A stretch of 64,000 bases of DNA from Lama glama. Lineage: Eukaryota. The translations under genes and the position numbers were made by a program. The notes beneath the pieces are model-generated. The model saw only the letters and a list, made by a program, of their open reading frames with translations. It was not told where the DNA came from and made no database searches. Of this stretch, positions 51,861 through 64,000 are shown in pieces (positions within the stretch are counted from its first letter, which is position 1; each line of letters opens with the position of its first letter). The stretch spans positions 64,668,001 through 64,732,000 of the forward strand of contig CM052816.1 of the NCBI GenBank assembly GCA_028534125.1, in the 5' to 3' direction.

Positions 51861-52639
51861 CAACGTGTCCTGGAAATAATATTTTCATTTTCCATTCTTC
51901 TCAAAGGCTAATCTCTTCTTTCACTACTCTCCCAAACCTCCCTACCTAATAGGATTCTATTTTCTTATCTCTTAGCCATCAACTTCACCACCTACTAATT
52001 GGTATAAAAATTGAAGCTTTTTTTGGTGATTCTTTTTAAATTTTTGTCCCTATTTCATCAACTAAACATTTAATTGGGGCCACATTAGTGCCAGGCATTG
52101 TGCTGGGCATGGGGCATAGAGTGGTGAGCAGGGTCAATACCGGAGCTTACAGTCTGATGCCACAGGCAGGCAGGTAAGTTAGGCAATTACACACATGGTA
52201 AGCCTATGGTAAGGCAATACGGTGTCTTTGAAACACATGGGAAGGGCCCTAATTCAGACTTGGGCTGGGAAGGTTTCCTTCTCCCTTATTAACTCCTCTT
52301 CTTCCTGCTGTCCTTTCTCTCTGGCGTCTTGGAGGATGACGTGCCACCCTGTGCCAGTGGAGGCCGAGCATCACTTTGCTGGCTTCTGTCTCCATCCCCT
52401 CCATTTCCCCTCCAGATCTTCTTTGGTTGTTCCTCCTTACTTCTCCCCACTGTTTCTTCCTGTCACTGTAAAAGTACTTGAGGTTTGATCAGAATGGTAA
52501 CGCTTGCGTCTCCTCCCTTTTCTCTAGCCATCACCAGCTGCCTCTGGAGAGTGACCTGTTCAATGTCTTTTACTCCTCACCTACCTTTATATTCAGCTTT
52601 TGTGTCTTCAGTGTGCTTAAGTGTCCTCCCTTGAAGTCA

Positions 52640-53400
52640 CAGGAGTTCCCAGGTTGACTCAAGTCACTGGAGACCCTTCAGCCCTGTCACACTGGACCTC
52701 CCTGTGCATTTGACTCTGTCCTCCCTGCCACCTTCTCCCGAATCTCCCCCACTTTTGTCTCTGTGATTCTGCCTGCACTCAGTTCTCCATGTGGCTTTTG
52801 ACTCTTCCTTTTTCATCTTCTTTGTGAGATTCCCTCCCTCAGTCTGTCCCTTAAATGATGATTTTCGCTAAGGGTTTGTCCTTAGACCCCTTTTTTTCTC
52901 ATTCACTCATAGCTATGGTTTTAATCTGCAACTGGATGTGAAAGCTTCCAAAATCTGTGTCTTGAGCTGTGACCTCCCTCCTAGGGGACTGCTGGACATC
53001 TCCACCTGGATGTCCCACAGGCTTGACACACTGGAATTAATGAGTTCCCTGCCTCTTAAACCTCGTCCTCTTTCTGTTTTCCTTACCTCTTCTGGTGACA
53101 CCACCATGCACAGTGTCACCCCAACCAAACCAGAAACTTTAGTCATGCTACCTTGTCCCTTTATCTTGTCTAGTGAATCACCAAGCCCTTCCTATATTGC
53201 CTCATAAATATTTCCTGATTTTATGTCTGCCAGCACTACACAGCATCAAATCCTCTTTGCCCTTGTTGATGCTTTTCAGCATTTCTCCTTAGGATGATTG
53301 CAGTTAACTCCCTGCCTTTAATGCTGCTCCCTGAGATTCGTCCTCCAATAGCTGGGTCACAACGCTAGTTTAAAAGCCTTCAGGGGCCCCCTCTGCCTTT
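52640..53400 (+). mobile_element. L2 LINE fragment
   Basis: ctgctggacatctccacctggatgtcccacagg, gtcaccccaacc...agaaacttt. Confidence 0.65.
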
Positions 53401-55101
53401 GCTGAGGCTTGCAGACTGCTGAGAGGGTGCTTCTGGGGTAAGCTTAGGGGAGGAGTGGTAGGACTGTGACAGAAATGTCTGGTTGAGCTCTTCTACATGA
53501 TTATGCTTTGGTGTAATATTTCGCCTTTCCTTTTTGCCTGTGCAGCATCTTTTCTTGCTCTTTCTGCATCTGCACTCTTTCCTCAGTGCATTTGCCCATG
53601 CTGTTACCCCAAAGTGCTCAATTCCTGCCAGTCATTAAGAAGTAGCTCAGACCTCATGTCTTTTCAGGAATTATTCTTATCATTCACATCTTTATTAATT
53701 TATTCACTGATATTTACTGGACATCTGCATTGTCTCAGGCAGCTGATAACATCCCCAAAGGTGGAAGATGGGAACATGCCCAAGTGCATTAGAGCAGTGC
53801 TCCTCAGATTAACTGTGGTGGTGGACTAGCTGAGTTTCTCTGTGTTTGTTTTTGCTCTATCACCGACCAGTAAGTGGTCCTGTTGCACACGATGAAGATG
53901 CATTTTGCGCCACACATGACTCACTGTATTAATTCAACAACACCCAAACTGGTTTAAACCCTGTTCAGCAAGTATCACATACTTGGATGTCACCACAATG
54001 TCAAATTGCCTAAAACATTTCTAAATACACTTGATTTCAGGACTTACCTTGGGCCAGAATGGTGGTAAACCACTTGTGACATCAGCACCAGTCCACAGGC
54101 CACCTTTGAGTATCATTGGAGGGTTTACTGTAGATGCCATGGTAGAGAGGAGACAGCGTCCATCAGGGACTCAGAAGATGTGAGACAGAGCAGTGAGGGG
54201 AATGGAACCCTGTTAGAAGAGGACATTTAAAAAATGAGATCTGTTTACCAGCCAGGTGAACAAGGCTTTTTAACCATGAGGAGAAATTGGAGCATAAAAA
54301 AAATAGGGATGGGGAGCAGCTGGGACTATGGGTAGAAGGAACAAAGTGCAGTGGCTGCTATAAGGGAAGAGATGAGGCTGCAGAGTCAGGTGGGGTTCAT
54401 TTTATTCATTCAGCAAATACTTTCTGAGAATTAACCATGTATTGGACTCTTCCTAGACACTGAAATTAGAAGCCCAGCAGAGACAGCTTTTGCTCTAGTA
54501 GCACTTAGAAGGGTTGCTAAAAATAGCCAAGGAGTTAGAATTCGACTGTAGGCGATCTTTGAAGGATTTTGAACTGGAACATGCATGATCAATTTAATCC
54601 TTAGAAAAATGGTGGATTGGGGGAAATGGGCTTGGGGAAATGGATGGCTATTGAGTCAGGAAAGTTAGTTGAGTGAAAGTCATTGCAGTCATCCAGGTAA
54701 GAGTTGGTAAGGGTCAGGAAGTAGCAGTTGGGGTTGTGGGAAGAACTGGGAGTGAGGGAAAGAGAAAGAGACTTTGAGGAGAAATGTTATTAGAGTGATA
54801 TAAATCCTAGGTCTGGAGGGGTCAATAGAGTTTAGGATGGCTTGCAATTTCTGACTTGTAATAAGGTTGGTGGTCCAGTTCATCGGGAGTGGGGCATCTG
54901 AGGATGTCACACCAGTTAGGCACCTCCTTTCCAGACTCCTGCAGTGTGTTGTGCTAAATTCTATCAAGAGAATTGTTCAGTGGGTTTCTGTACTTGTGAG
55001 CTCCTTGAGAACATGTGCCCACTTTTCTATCCTAAACACTTGGCACAGGGCCTAACATGGAACAAGCTCAACAAATAAATGGTTCTTAAGCTGAACAGAG
55101 G

Positions 55102-55665
55102 GTGTCTTCATTTTCTACTACTGCTGTCACAAATCATCATATACTCGGTAGATTAAAACTACACAAATGTATTATCTCACAGTTCTGTAGGTCAGAAGGC
55201 CACGTTGGCAAGGGTGATTACTTTACTCTGTGTTTCACAAGGATCTGGCCATCTTGGCTCTTAACAGAAGGCTCTAGAAAAAATCTTGTTTCCAAGCTCA
55301 TTCAGGTTGCAGGCAGAATCCAGTTCCTTGTGGTTGTAGGACTAAGGTCCCTGTGTCCTTGCTGGCTGTTGGCAAGGGCCTAGCTTGCTGACAGGGGTCC
55401 TAAGGGTCTTCCTTCCAGTCCTTGAACATGGGCCCCAACATCTGAGAGCCAGCAGTGGTGTATTGACTCCTCATGCTTACAATCTCTCTGCTTTCCTCAT
55501 TTGCATCATCTCTTCTGTCCTCCTCTTCTTCCAGCTAGAGACGGTTCTCTGCTTGTAAGGCTCATGTGATTACATTGGGGTCACCTGGATAATCCAGGCT
55601 ACTCTCCCTACTCTAAGGTCTATAACCTTAATTACATCTGTAGAGTCCCTTTTACCATGTAATAT
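55102..55665. mobile_element. MaLR LTR (MLT1-type)
   Basis: ctgctgtcacaaatcat...tctcacagttctgtaggtcagaag...ttaattacatctgtagagtcccttttaccatgtaa. Confidence 0.8.
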
Positions 55666-55969
55666 AGTCACCAGAAACCAAGGTTGGGAAATGAGGAGGT
55701 GAGTGAGCAACAATGATGACTAACACCTGATTTCTGTCAGCTGGTTTTCAGTATATTGAGGTGTCCATCAAGTTTTCTTAAATCTGTGTCATCTGCTGGT
55801 GAGTTTGGCTTGTCTTGGTAATGTTTTCTTCTCTTAGTGAATAATCTGTTTTTAGCACACTGTAGCTTCAAACCATGTACAAAGGAGTCAGCAAGTGTGT
55901 GTATTTATCATCATTACTGCTTGATTTACACCCTTCTATGTGGGGTCATAAAATTTAGGAAGCATTAAT

Positions 55970-57100
55970 AAATATGTATTATTGTTGTTTTAATTTTTAA
56001 CTTTATTTCAATAAGTAACCAGTATTGCCAATTTCTTATTGATCTTTCCAGAGACATCTGTGCACATACAAGGAAGTATTTATTTTGTGCTTGGCATTAA
56101 TTATATTGTAGTGGTGATTCCATAGCCACTTAGATAAAGCTACTTTATTCCTTTTTATATCAACATAGTATTTCCTGGTATCAATGTGTTAACAAGTCTT
56201 ACATTGGTGGACATTTGAATAGTTTTCATTTTGTTTGCTATTAAAAATTGTTGTAAAAAATCTTATACACGTACCTTACACACAAGTGTTAAGTATACAT
56301 ATAGAACATTTGCATTGCTGCAGTATTGTCACATCACTCCCCCAGAGGTTGTACCAGTTCACATCCTACCAGCAATGTATGAGAGAGCCTGCTTTTCTAT
56401 ACACTGGCCAGCAAAATACATTATCATACTTTATGATCTTTGCTAATCTGTTAAGTGAAGTGGTATTTCACTCTGATTCAGATTTGAATTTGTCACATTG
56501 CTGAGTAAGATTGGGCATCTTTTTTTAATGTATTTAAGAGTTACTTCTATTTGCTTTCTATAAACTGTTCATATCTTTTATCCATTTCTTTGATGGGTTA
56601 TTGTTTTTTCTTATTCATTTGCTGGCAATCTTTACATATTAAAGAAGTTAGCCCTTTGGGAGATGGGATACATGTATTTTTCTTTTTGTTTGACTTGTCT
56701 TTTGACTTTGTTTACATAGGCTTTTGACATACACAAATATTTAATTTTAGGTGGGCATCTTTAATTCAGCTTTTACATCTATAACTTCTGAGTGTTGTGC
56801 CTTGGTTGGAATGGCCATCCTGATTTCAGTATCATACCATATCGCAGGTTTTACCAAGTTTTTATTTTTTATTTTGAAATAATTATAGACTCACAGGTAG
56901 TTGCAAAGTTAGTACAGAGAGATCCTGTGTACCATTCACTCAGTTTTTTCCCAACCACAGAGTATTTTTATAGTTTCATTTTTTACTTTTAAATTTTTGA
57001 TGCACCTGAAATTCATTTTTGTATGAGATGAGACTTTTTTTATCTAATTTATTTTTTTCCAGTTGGTTACGCATTTGTCTTAACATTGGTTTTGTTGTTG
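55970..57100 (-). mobile_element. Old L1M fragments
   Basis: ggttgtaccagttcacatcctaccagcaatgtatgagag, ttttattttgaaataattatagactcacagg. Confidence 0.65.
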
Positions 57101-57455
57101 TTTGTGATGAAATTAAAATATTTATTTTGAAATTTTAGAAGTGATTTTCACCTTCCCATGATTATAGAGAATACATGAAAGATGACTATATGAAGGGCAA
57201 GATAGTCTTGAAACTAAAGTAAGTTTCAGCATTTCACATCTGTTAAGTGAATAGTCAGAAAATTGGGTTGTATTTACATTTTTTATTCTTGGCTTTTAAA
57301 ATACTTTCAACACACACTGTAAATGAATCAATGGATGACTTGATAGACAGGGGCAGTATAGGGGATGAAGGAGTCAGGTTAAAAGTGCCCATATTAACAG
57401 TCCCCCAAATTTAGCCCTGAAAGACTGACTGAATAAAGATAATTGGCCGCGCTTA

Positions 57456-57610
57456 CAGTGGTCCACATACTCACTGTGCCTCAGAATCACTTGGAGGGCG
57501 TCTTAAAACAGACTGCTGGCCCATCCTCAGAGTTTCTGATTAATTGTGTCTTGCTAGGTGGGGTTGAGAATTTGCATTTCTAACAAGTTCCCAGATGATG
57601 CTGATGTGTC
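57456..57610. mobile_element. MER5A-like MITE
   Basis: tcagaatcacttggaggg...tcagagtttctgatt...gaatttgcatttctaacaagttcccagatgatgctgatg. Confidence 0.8.
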
Positions 57611-59434
57611 TTAACAGTATTTATTGAATATTTTCCCCAATAATTGAAAATGTGTATGTGTCAATCGTGGGGTAAAAATGTATGCTGGTTAATTTTTCAA
57701 ATGTTTAAAGTATCTTGAAGTATCTCAACCCGAAGAGATACTGAACTGTCAGTGTTTATTTTTCCAAGAACTGCGTGTTGAGATGACTGTGCTGGCCTTG
57801 TTTCAAAATCTGGTCATGGTGTAATTTGGCCTATTTGTCTAGAATTGACTTTGTGTTGTTGTGGATTGTGCTGGGATACAGGTGAATAATATGCATTTTT
57901 TGGCCTCCAGGAGTTCATCTTAACTTATAGATCCCAATTTGTTAAGGTAAAGCCTTTAAACTATGTAGTGCTTGGGGTTAACCACGCAGTTAATCTCACA
58001 AAACCTTTCTTGGATTTATCCCCATCTTGTAGATAGGAATAGAGACTCAGGAAAATTAAAATTACCCAGACTTCAGGCCATAGAGCAAGCTGGCAGAGCT
58101 CAGACAAGTTCCGCTGTGTGATTATTATTATCCCACACTGTCCTAGGACCTGTCCGAGATATCTCTTTACTCCATCGATCTCAGATAAAAACTGTCTAGG
58201 CTGCAATATAACCCTATTGTTTCATCTCGGCCTTTGCAAACCTAAATCACCAGTTTTCATTCCTGCTTTTCAGTGAAAGATAGATGACTTTTCCAAGGTT
58301 TTTCTGATTTCACTCTGAGCAATGCTAAAAGGAAAATAAAAAACTCTTCTGCTTGTTTAGTTATCTGAATTTAGGGGGTAGATTTAGATAATTCTTAAAT
58401 TCTTTCCCAGCTCTGTGATTCTAGATATGTTCTTAATTTTATTAGTGCTTTCCATAGTTTTATGTTCCTATATAGGAGAGAATGAACAAAAGCATGTAAG
58501 GAATGACAAGTATTTTCATGTGGGTTATTTCGAGGGAAAACGTGTTAGAAATTCTTTAATCCAATTAAAAGTCACATCTGTTAAGGGACATCATGTAGGC
58601 TGGTTATTGTATGATATAATAGCAGCCTTGATTTCGGTTCATTACATTAGCTTGCTGGCATATATTTGAAGACCATCACTTAAAATTCTATATGTGTTTA
58701 TGTTTTAAGTGAAGTTTAAGATTCTCAATTTGTACATCCTGTAAGGTCCTCTTACAGGTTCCTAACTGTTAGCTACAGTGTAGTCCATGTGATGCTCTTC
58801 ATGGGACAGAGATTGTTTAGGAGAAGTAAAGCAAGTGGGTCTACAGCTCTGAATTTTCCACTCACTGTTAAGGATCATCACCATGGCAAAGTGAGGTCTT
58901 CCAGATGATTTTGGCCTCTTCTCTTTGAAGCCGTCCCTGTGTGTGGTCTCTATGGAGAGCAGTCAAACTGGCCAATTTGGGTATCTGTATACATAAATCA
59001 TTCAGTGTGTTTGGTGGAGAGGAGTATATTCTTAGTGTCTAGGAAGCTAATACAAAGCCAGCCACACCAAGAAATCAGTTCATAAACTAAAATCCCAAGT
59101 CATTCATTTTAAATTGGTTGTAAAAAGAACATGTATATGTAGACAAAAGCCAGGATTGAGTAAATGTGCCAGTGGATAATCCTGCTCAGGAGATTCAAGT
59201 CTAGATAAAAAGATAAAGTTAAAGCAAAGAGAGCTTGTCTAATTCCATTCTCCTCTCTAGAGATGATTCTGTCTTTTAAAACCTCCATTCACGACACCCT
59301 TCTATGCAGAGCTGAAAAACCTTGGTGAGTACTTTACCAACTGTGTTTGTGAGACTCTGAGGGGACCTCTGTTGTTTAGTTTGCATTCAGTTTTACATCA
59401 CCTTTGCTAATTTAAACAGAACTGTCACAGCCTA

Positions 59435-61779
59435 CAGGTTTATCATGGAGATATTGCAGGTTTGGTTCCAGACCACTGCAATAATGCAAATGTCAAAATA
59501 AAGCGAGTCACACGAATTTTTTTATTTCCCAGTGCATATGAAGATTATATTTACACTATACTGCTACATGTGCAATAGCATTATGTCTAAAAAGCCAATG
59601 TACACACCTTAGTTTTAAAAACACTTTATTGCTAAAAGTTACTAGTCGTTGTCTAAGCCTTCAGTAGGTCATAATCTTTTCGCTGGTGGAGGGTGTGCTG
59701 ACTGATCAGAGTGGTGGTTGCTGAAGGCTAGTGTGGCTGTGGCAATTTATTAACATAAGAAAGCAGTAAAGTTTGCTGCATTGATTGACTCTTCCTTTCA
59801 TGAATGATTCCTCTGTAACATGTAATGCTGTTTGATAGCATTTTACTCACAGGAAAACTTCTTTCAAAATTGAAGTCAGTCCTTTCAAATCCCGTCACTG
59901 ATTTATCAACTAAGTTTATGTAATATTCTAAAACCTTTGTTTGTCATTTCAATAATCTTCCCAGCATCTTCACCAGGAGTAGATTCCATTGCAAGAAACC
60001 ACTCTCTTTGCTCATCCATAAGCAGCAACTCCTCAGCCATTCAACTTTTCTCATGAGATTGCAGCAATTCAGCCATACCTTCAAGCTTCACTTCTAATCC
60101 TAGTTCTCTTGCCTCTTCCATCACATCTGCAGTGACTTCTTCCACTAAAGTCTTGAACCCCTCAAAATCATCCATGAGAGTTGGAGTCAACCTCTCCCAA
60201 ACTCCTGTTAAGGTTAATATTTTGACCTCTTCCCTTGAATCATGAATGTTCCTAATGGCATTTAGAATCGTGAATCCTTTTCAGAAGCTTTGTTACTTAG
60301 TTTGTCCAGATTCATCATAGATATAACCTTATGGCATGTATTTCTTAAATAATAAGACTTAAAAGTCAGAATTACTCCATGGTCCTTAGTCTCCAGAAGG
60401 GATGTTGTGTTGGTAGGCGTGAAAACAACATGAGTTTTATTGTACATCTTTATCAGAGCTCTTGGATGACCAGATGCCTTGTCAATGGGCATTAATATTT
60501 TGGAAGGAATCTCTTTTTTTTGAGCAGTAGGGCTCAACAGTAGGCTTAAAATATTCAGTAAACCATGATATCAACTGCTGTGCTGTCATCTAAGCTTTGT
60601 TGTTCCATTTGCAGAGCACAGGCAGAGTAGATTTAGCATAACTCTTATGGTTTTTCAGAATAGTAAATGAACCTTGGCTTCAATTTAAAGTCACCAAATG
60701 CATTAGTCATTAACAAGAGAGTCAGTCTGTTGAAGCCAGGTACTGACTTCTCCTCTTTAGCTATGAAAGTCTTGGATTGCATCTTCTCTTTATATAAGTT
60801 TGTTTTGTCTCCATTGAAAATATGTTGTTTAGTGTAACCACCTTCATTAATGATCTTTGCTAGATGTTGATAACTTGCAGCTTCTACATCAGCACGTGCT
60901 GCTTCACCTGGCACTTTTATGTTATGGAGATGGCTTCTTTCCTTAAACCTCATGAGCGAATCCTGCTAGCTTAGAATCTTTCTTCTGCAGCTTCCTCACC
61001 TCTCTCAGCCTTTATAGAATTAAAGAGAGTTCGGGCCTCACTCTGGATTAGGCTTTGACTTACGGGAATTTGTGATGGTTTGATCTTCTATCCAGACAAC
61101 TAGACCTTTCTCCATATCTACAAGAAGGCTGTTTGCTTTCTTTATCATTCATGTGTTCACCAGAGTAGCACTTTTAAATTTTTTCAAGTATTTTCCTTTG
61201 CATTCACAACTTTTTGGCTAACAGGCACAAGAGGCCTAGCTTTCAACCTGTCTTAACTTTCGACATGCCTTCCTCATTAAGCTTAATCATTTCTAGCTTT
61301 AGATTTAAAGTGTGAGATGTGCAACTCTTTCTTTCTCTTGAACGCTTAGCGGCCATTGTAGGGTTATTAATGGACCTCATTTCAATATTGTTGTATCTCA
61401 GGGAATAGGGAGGCCTGAGGAGAGGGAGAGAGATGGGGTAATGGCTGGTTGGTGAAGCAGTCAGAACACATACAACATTTATCGATTAAGTTTGCCATCT
61501 TATGTGAGTGGGGTTCATGGTACCCCAAAATAATTACAATGAGAATATCAAAGATCACTGATCACAGATTGCCATAAAAATATAATAATAATGAAAAAGT
61601 TTGAAATATTGTGAACATTATCAAAATGTAACACAGAGACACAAGGTGAACAAATGCTGTTGGAAAAATGGTGCCCATAGACTCACTCGATGTGTGGTTT
61701 CCACAGACCTTTAATTTGTAAAGATCACAATATCTATGAAGCCAGATAGAGCACAGCACTATAAAACGAAACATGCCTT
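59435..61779 (-). mobile_element. Near full-length Tigger1 DNA transposon (decayed transposase)
   Basis: About 2.35 kb, TA-flanked, degenerate CAGG... termini; minus-strand ORF pieces [25 protein letters not shown]...[13 protein letters not shown] and KILMPIDKASGHPRAL...TSLLETKDHGVILTFKSYYLRNT (pogo/Tigger DDE domain). Confidence 0.93.
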
Positions 61780-63649
61780 TATTTTGATGGACTGCCAAAT
61801 TGTTTTCCACAGTGACCACACCATTTTACAATCCCAAAAGCAGCATATGATTGTTCCAACTTCTCCACACCCTTGCCAACACTGGTTGTTGTCTCTCTTT
61901 TTGATGAAGGCTCTCCTGGTGGGTGTGAAGTGCTAGTATGGTTCACTTCTGAATCCTCAGCATAGGGCCCACTATGGTGTTAGTAAATGCTGATTTATCG
62001 GCTAAGTCGGTTTCGCCATCTTTCTCTTCCTACCACCTCCGCCTAGGAAGGCTGTGTGCTTTGGCAGGCAAGCGTAGACAAGTCCTGCTGAACACTGAAC
62101 ATGTGCTCTGGAACATAATAACTGCGATCAGAAACAAATTACTTAACCTCTCTTCAGTTTCTTCATCTGTGATATAAAGACAACCCTTTCCAAGGGTTGG
62201 TATGAAGATTAAGGAGATAACGTGAATGAAAGGCATAGCACAAGACTGACTCAGGGCCCTGGTAATGGGCACTGTTGTTCTCTTGGATAACATGGGTAGC
62301 AGCTGGCCCTACTCCCTTGACTCGGGAGACAGAGGCAACGATTGATTTCAAATGGGCTTAGTTGCGCTGCCGGTGGTGTGCTAGGTCAGCTCCCTTTCTT
62401 TCTTCAGGAAAACTCCCTGCAAATCTCCGCATAGGATCTGTTACTACTGCTTTGGTTCTTGATTGGTTCTGCAAGATAACTGCTGAGGTCTGATGAGAAA
62501 GTTGATTGTCATTTGTGGTTTTGCTTCTTCTTTAGGAATTTTGGCTTACACTTTAACCCACCCATTTCATAGATTTGCCTGCTCTGTCAACTCATCATTA
62601 AAAGTGTATTCTTTTCAAAAGCAACAACTTTTAAAATGTTAATTAAAACAGCTTTTTTAGCTGTAAAAATCCCTGATAATGAGGATTCCAGGTTGGCACG
62701 GGTTGATTTGGGCAACTGAGAAAAAAGTCTTTCCGACCTTTGTTAGAAAAGTTGCTTGGCAGAACTTGTGGCCGCCTTGTTTGTGGTTAATTTATGAAAG
62801 CAAAGGAACTGCTTTCATCTGCGACACACAGTGGCAAAGTTCCCACAGCAGTAATTGTTTGACCTTACAGATCTCATACATAGTGGTCACGAGGGAGACG
62901 TTGGTATTTTGTTTTACTTGTTTGTGTTTTATGGTGATTTTATGATTGTTTCAGCGCTTTTATCCGAGAGCTGAGTCTCTAAGATAAATAAATGTGATAC
63001 ACTTGCCCTTAGGGATATTCATTATTGAGCCTCAGTCTGTTTGGTTTTATTTGCCTCCTCTCTTTACAAATTCTTATACCCTCTACAACTAGACTACTGG
63101 TCTTTTAACAAGAACTCTCTGAAATTTCCAATTCCCATTTCTGGTTAGTAGAAAAAACGTGATAGGTATAAAACCAACAGTTGATGACTTTTTAGGATAA
63201 AAGGGAGGGAAGAGGACAGGTGGGAAATAGCTTGTTGGGAAAAAGAGACAGAGAGATTTTAACATTTGAGTGTAGTAGGGAGTGGGGGCGGTGAATTTGA
63301 GTGGGGAGGTGGAATCAGATAAGGGCATTGAGAATTTGGGACTTGATGTGATTTGTAATGGGGAGTCATTGTAGGTTCTTGAGAAGGAGGGAAAAATGAT
63401 AAAAGTGGTATTTTAGGATCTTTTTTCTGGTAATAATGTTAACCCTAAGCATGAATTTAAAGGCAGTAAGAGCAGAGGCAGGAGTTGTCCCAGCCCAGTT
63501 GCAGTAATACAAGGAGGGTGAAGTGGGGTTCTAGTTGTTAACATGAAAATGGTGGAGAAAAGTTGCATCTAAGAAAAATCAAAGTAATTTGTTAACAGTT
63601 TGCAAGTTAGAGGTAAAAGAGCAGAGTCAAAGATGAGTCCAGTGTTATG

Positions 63650-63791
63650 TTTTTATTCATTATTTTATTATTTTAGTTTGGCAGAGGGGAGAGGTAATTA
63701 GGGTTGTTTATTTTTAGAGGAGGTACTGGGGATTGAACCCAGGACCTCATGCATGCTAAGCATGTGCTCTACCACTGAGCTATACCCTCCC
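63650..63791 (-). mobile_element. vic-1-like tRNA-derived SINE inserted in an L2 fragment
   Basis: gaggtactggggattgaacccaggacctcatgcatgctaagcatgtgctctaccactgagctataccctccc with a T-rich tail. Confidence 0.88.
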
Positions 63792-64000
63792 TTGAGTCTA
63801 GTATTTTAGATCAGGAGGAAAATCAAGCTTTTAACATCGGTGTATATATTGGATAAAGAAACCAACTGGTAGAAGGTAGAAGCTGGGTAAGATGAGTTCC
63901 TTTTGAGATTAGTTAGGTTTCCTGGGACAGTGGAATAACCAAGTTGTAATGTTTATGGGCAGTTGGGAATAGTGGCCTCTGACATGCATGAAAGGTTAGA

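Overview
Mammalian genomic DNA, most likely camelid (vic-1-type tRNA-derived SINEs; no Alu or bovid SINEs seen), with three assembly gaps (4894-4993, 15698-16197, 37496-37995). The left part holds the last three coding exons of ERCC8/CSA (minus strand) and a decayed ERVL provirus beyond its 3' end. A CpG island at about 34.5-35.7 kb contains a plus-strand non-coding first exon, probably ELOVL7 by synteny; the rest of the window is repeat-rich, intron-like sequence. The main finding is a chain of about 10 minus-strand exons (about 17.8-34.0 kb) head-to-head with that promoter. They have mostly canonical splice sites, largely consistent phases and scattered nonsense codons, and look like a decayed unitary gene whose peptide resembles cullin N-terminal repeats by eye. 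Also seen: ERCC8 exons 10-12 appear inverted relative to the probable ELOVL7 across a gap (likely a scaffolding error), an L1 3' transduction with a 20-bp TSD, a U6 retrocopy inserted next to one pseudogene acceptor, and a near full-length Tigger1. Repeat subfamily names and protein similarities are recalled from memory, not from database searches.
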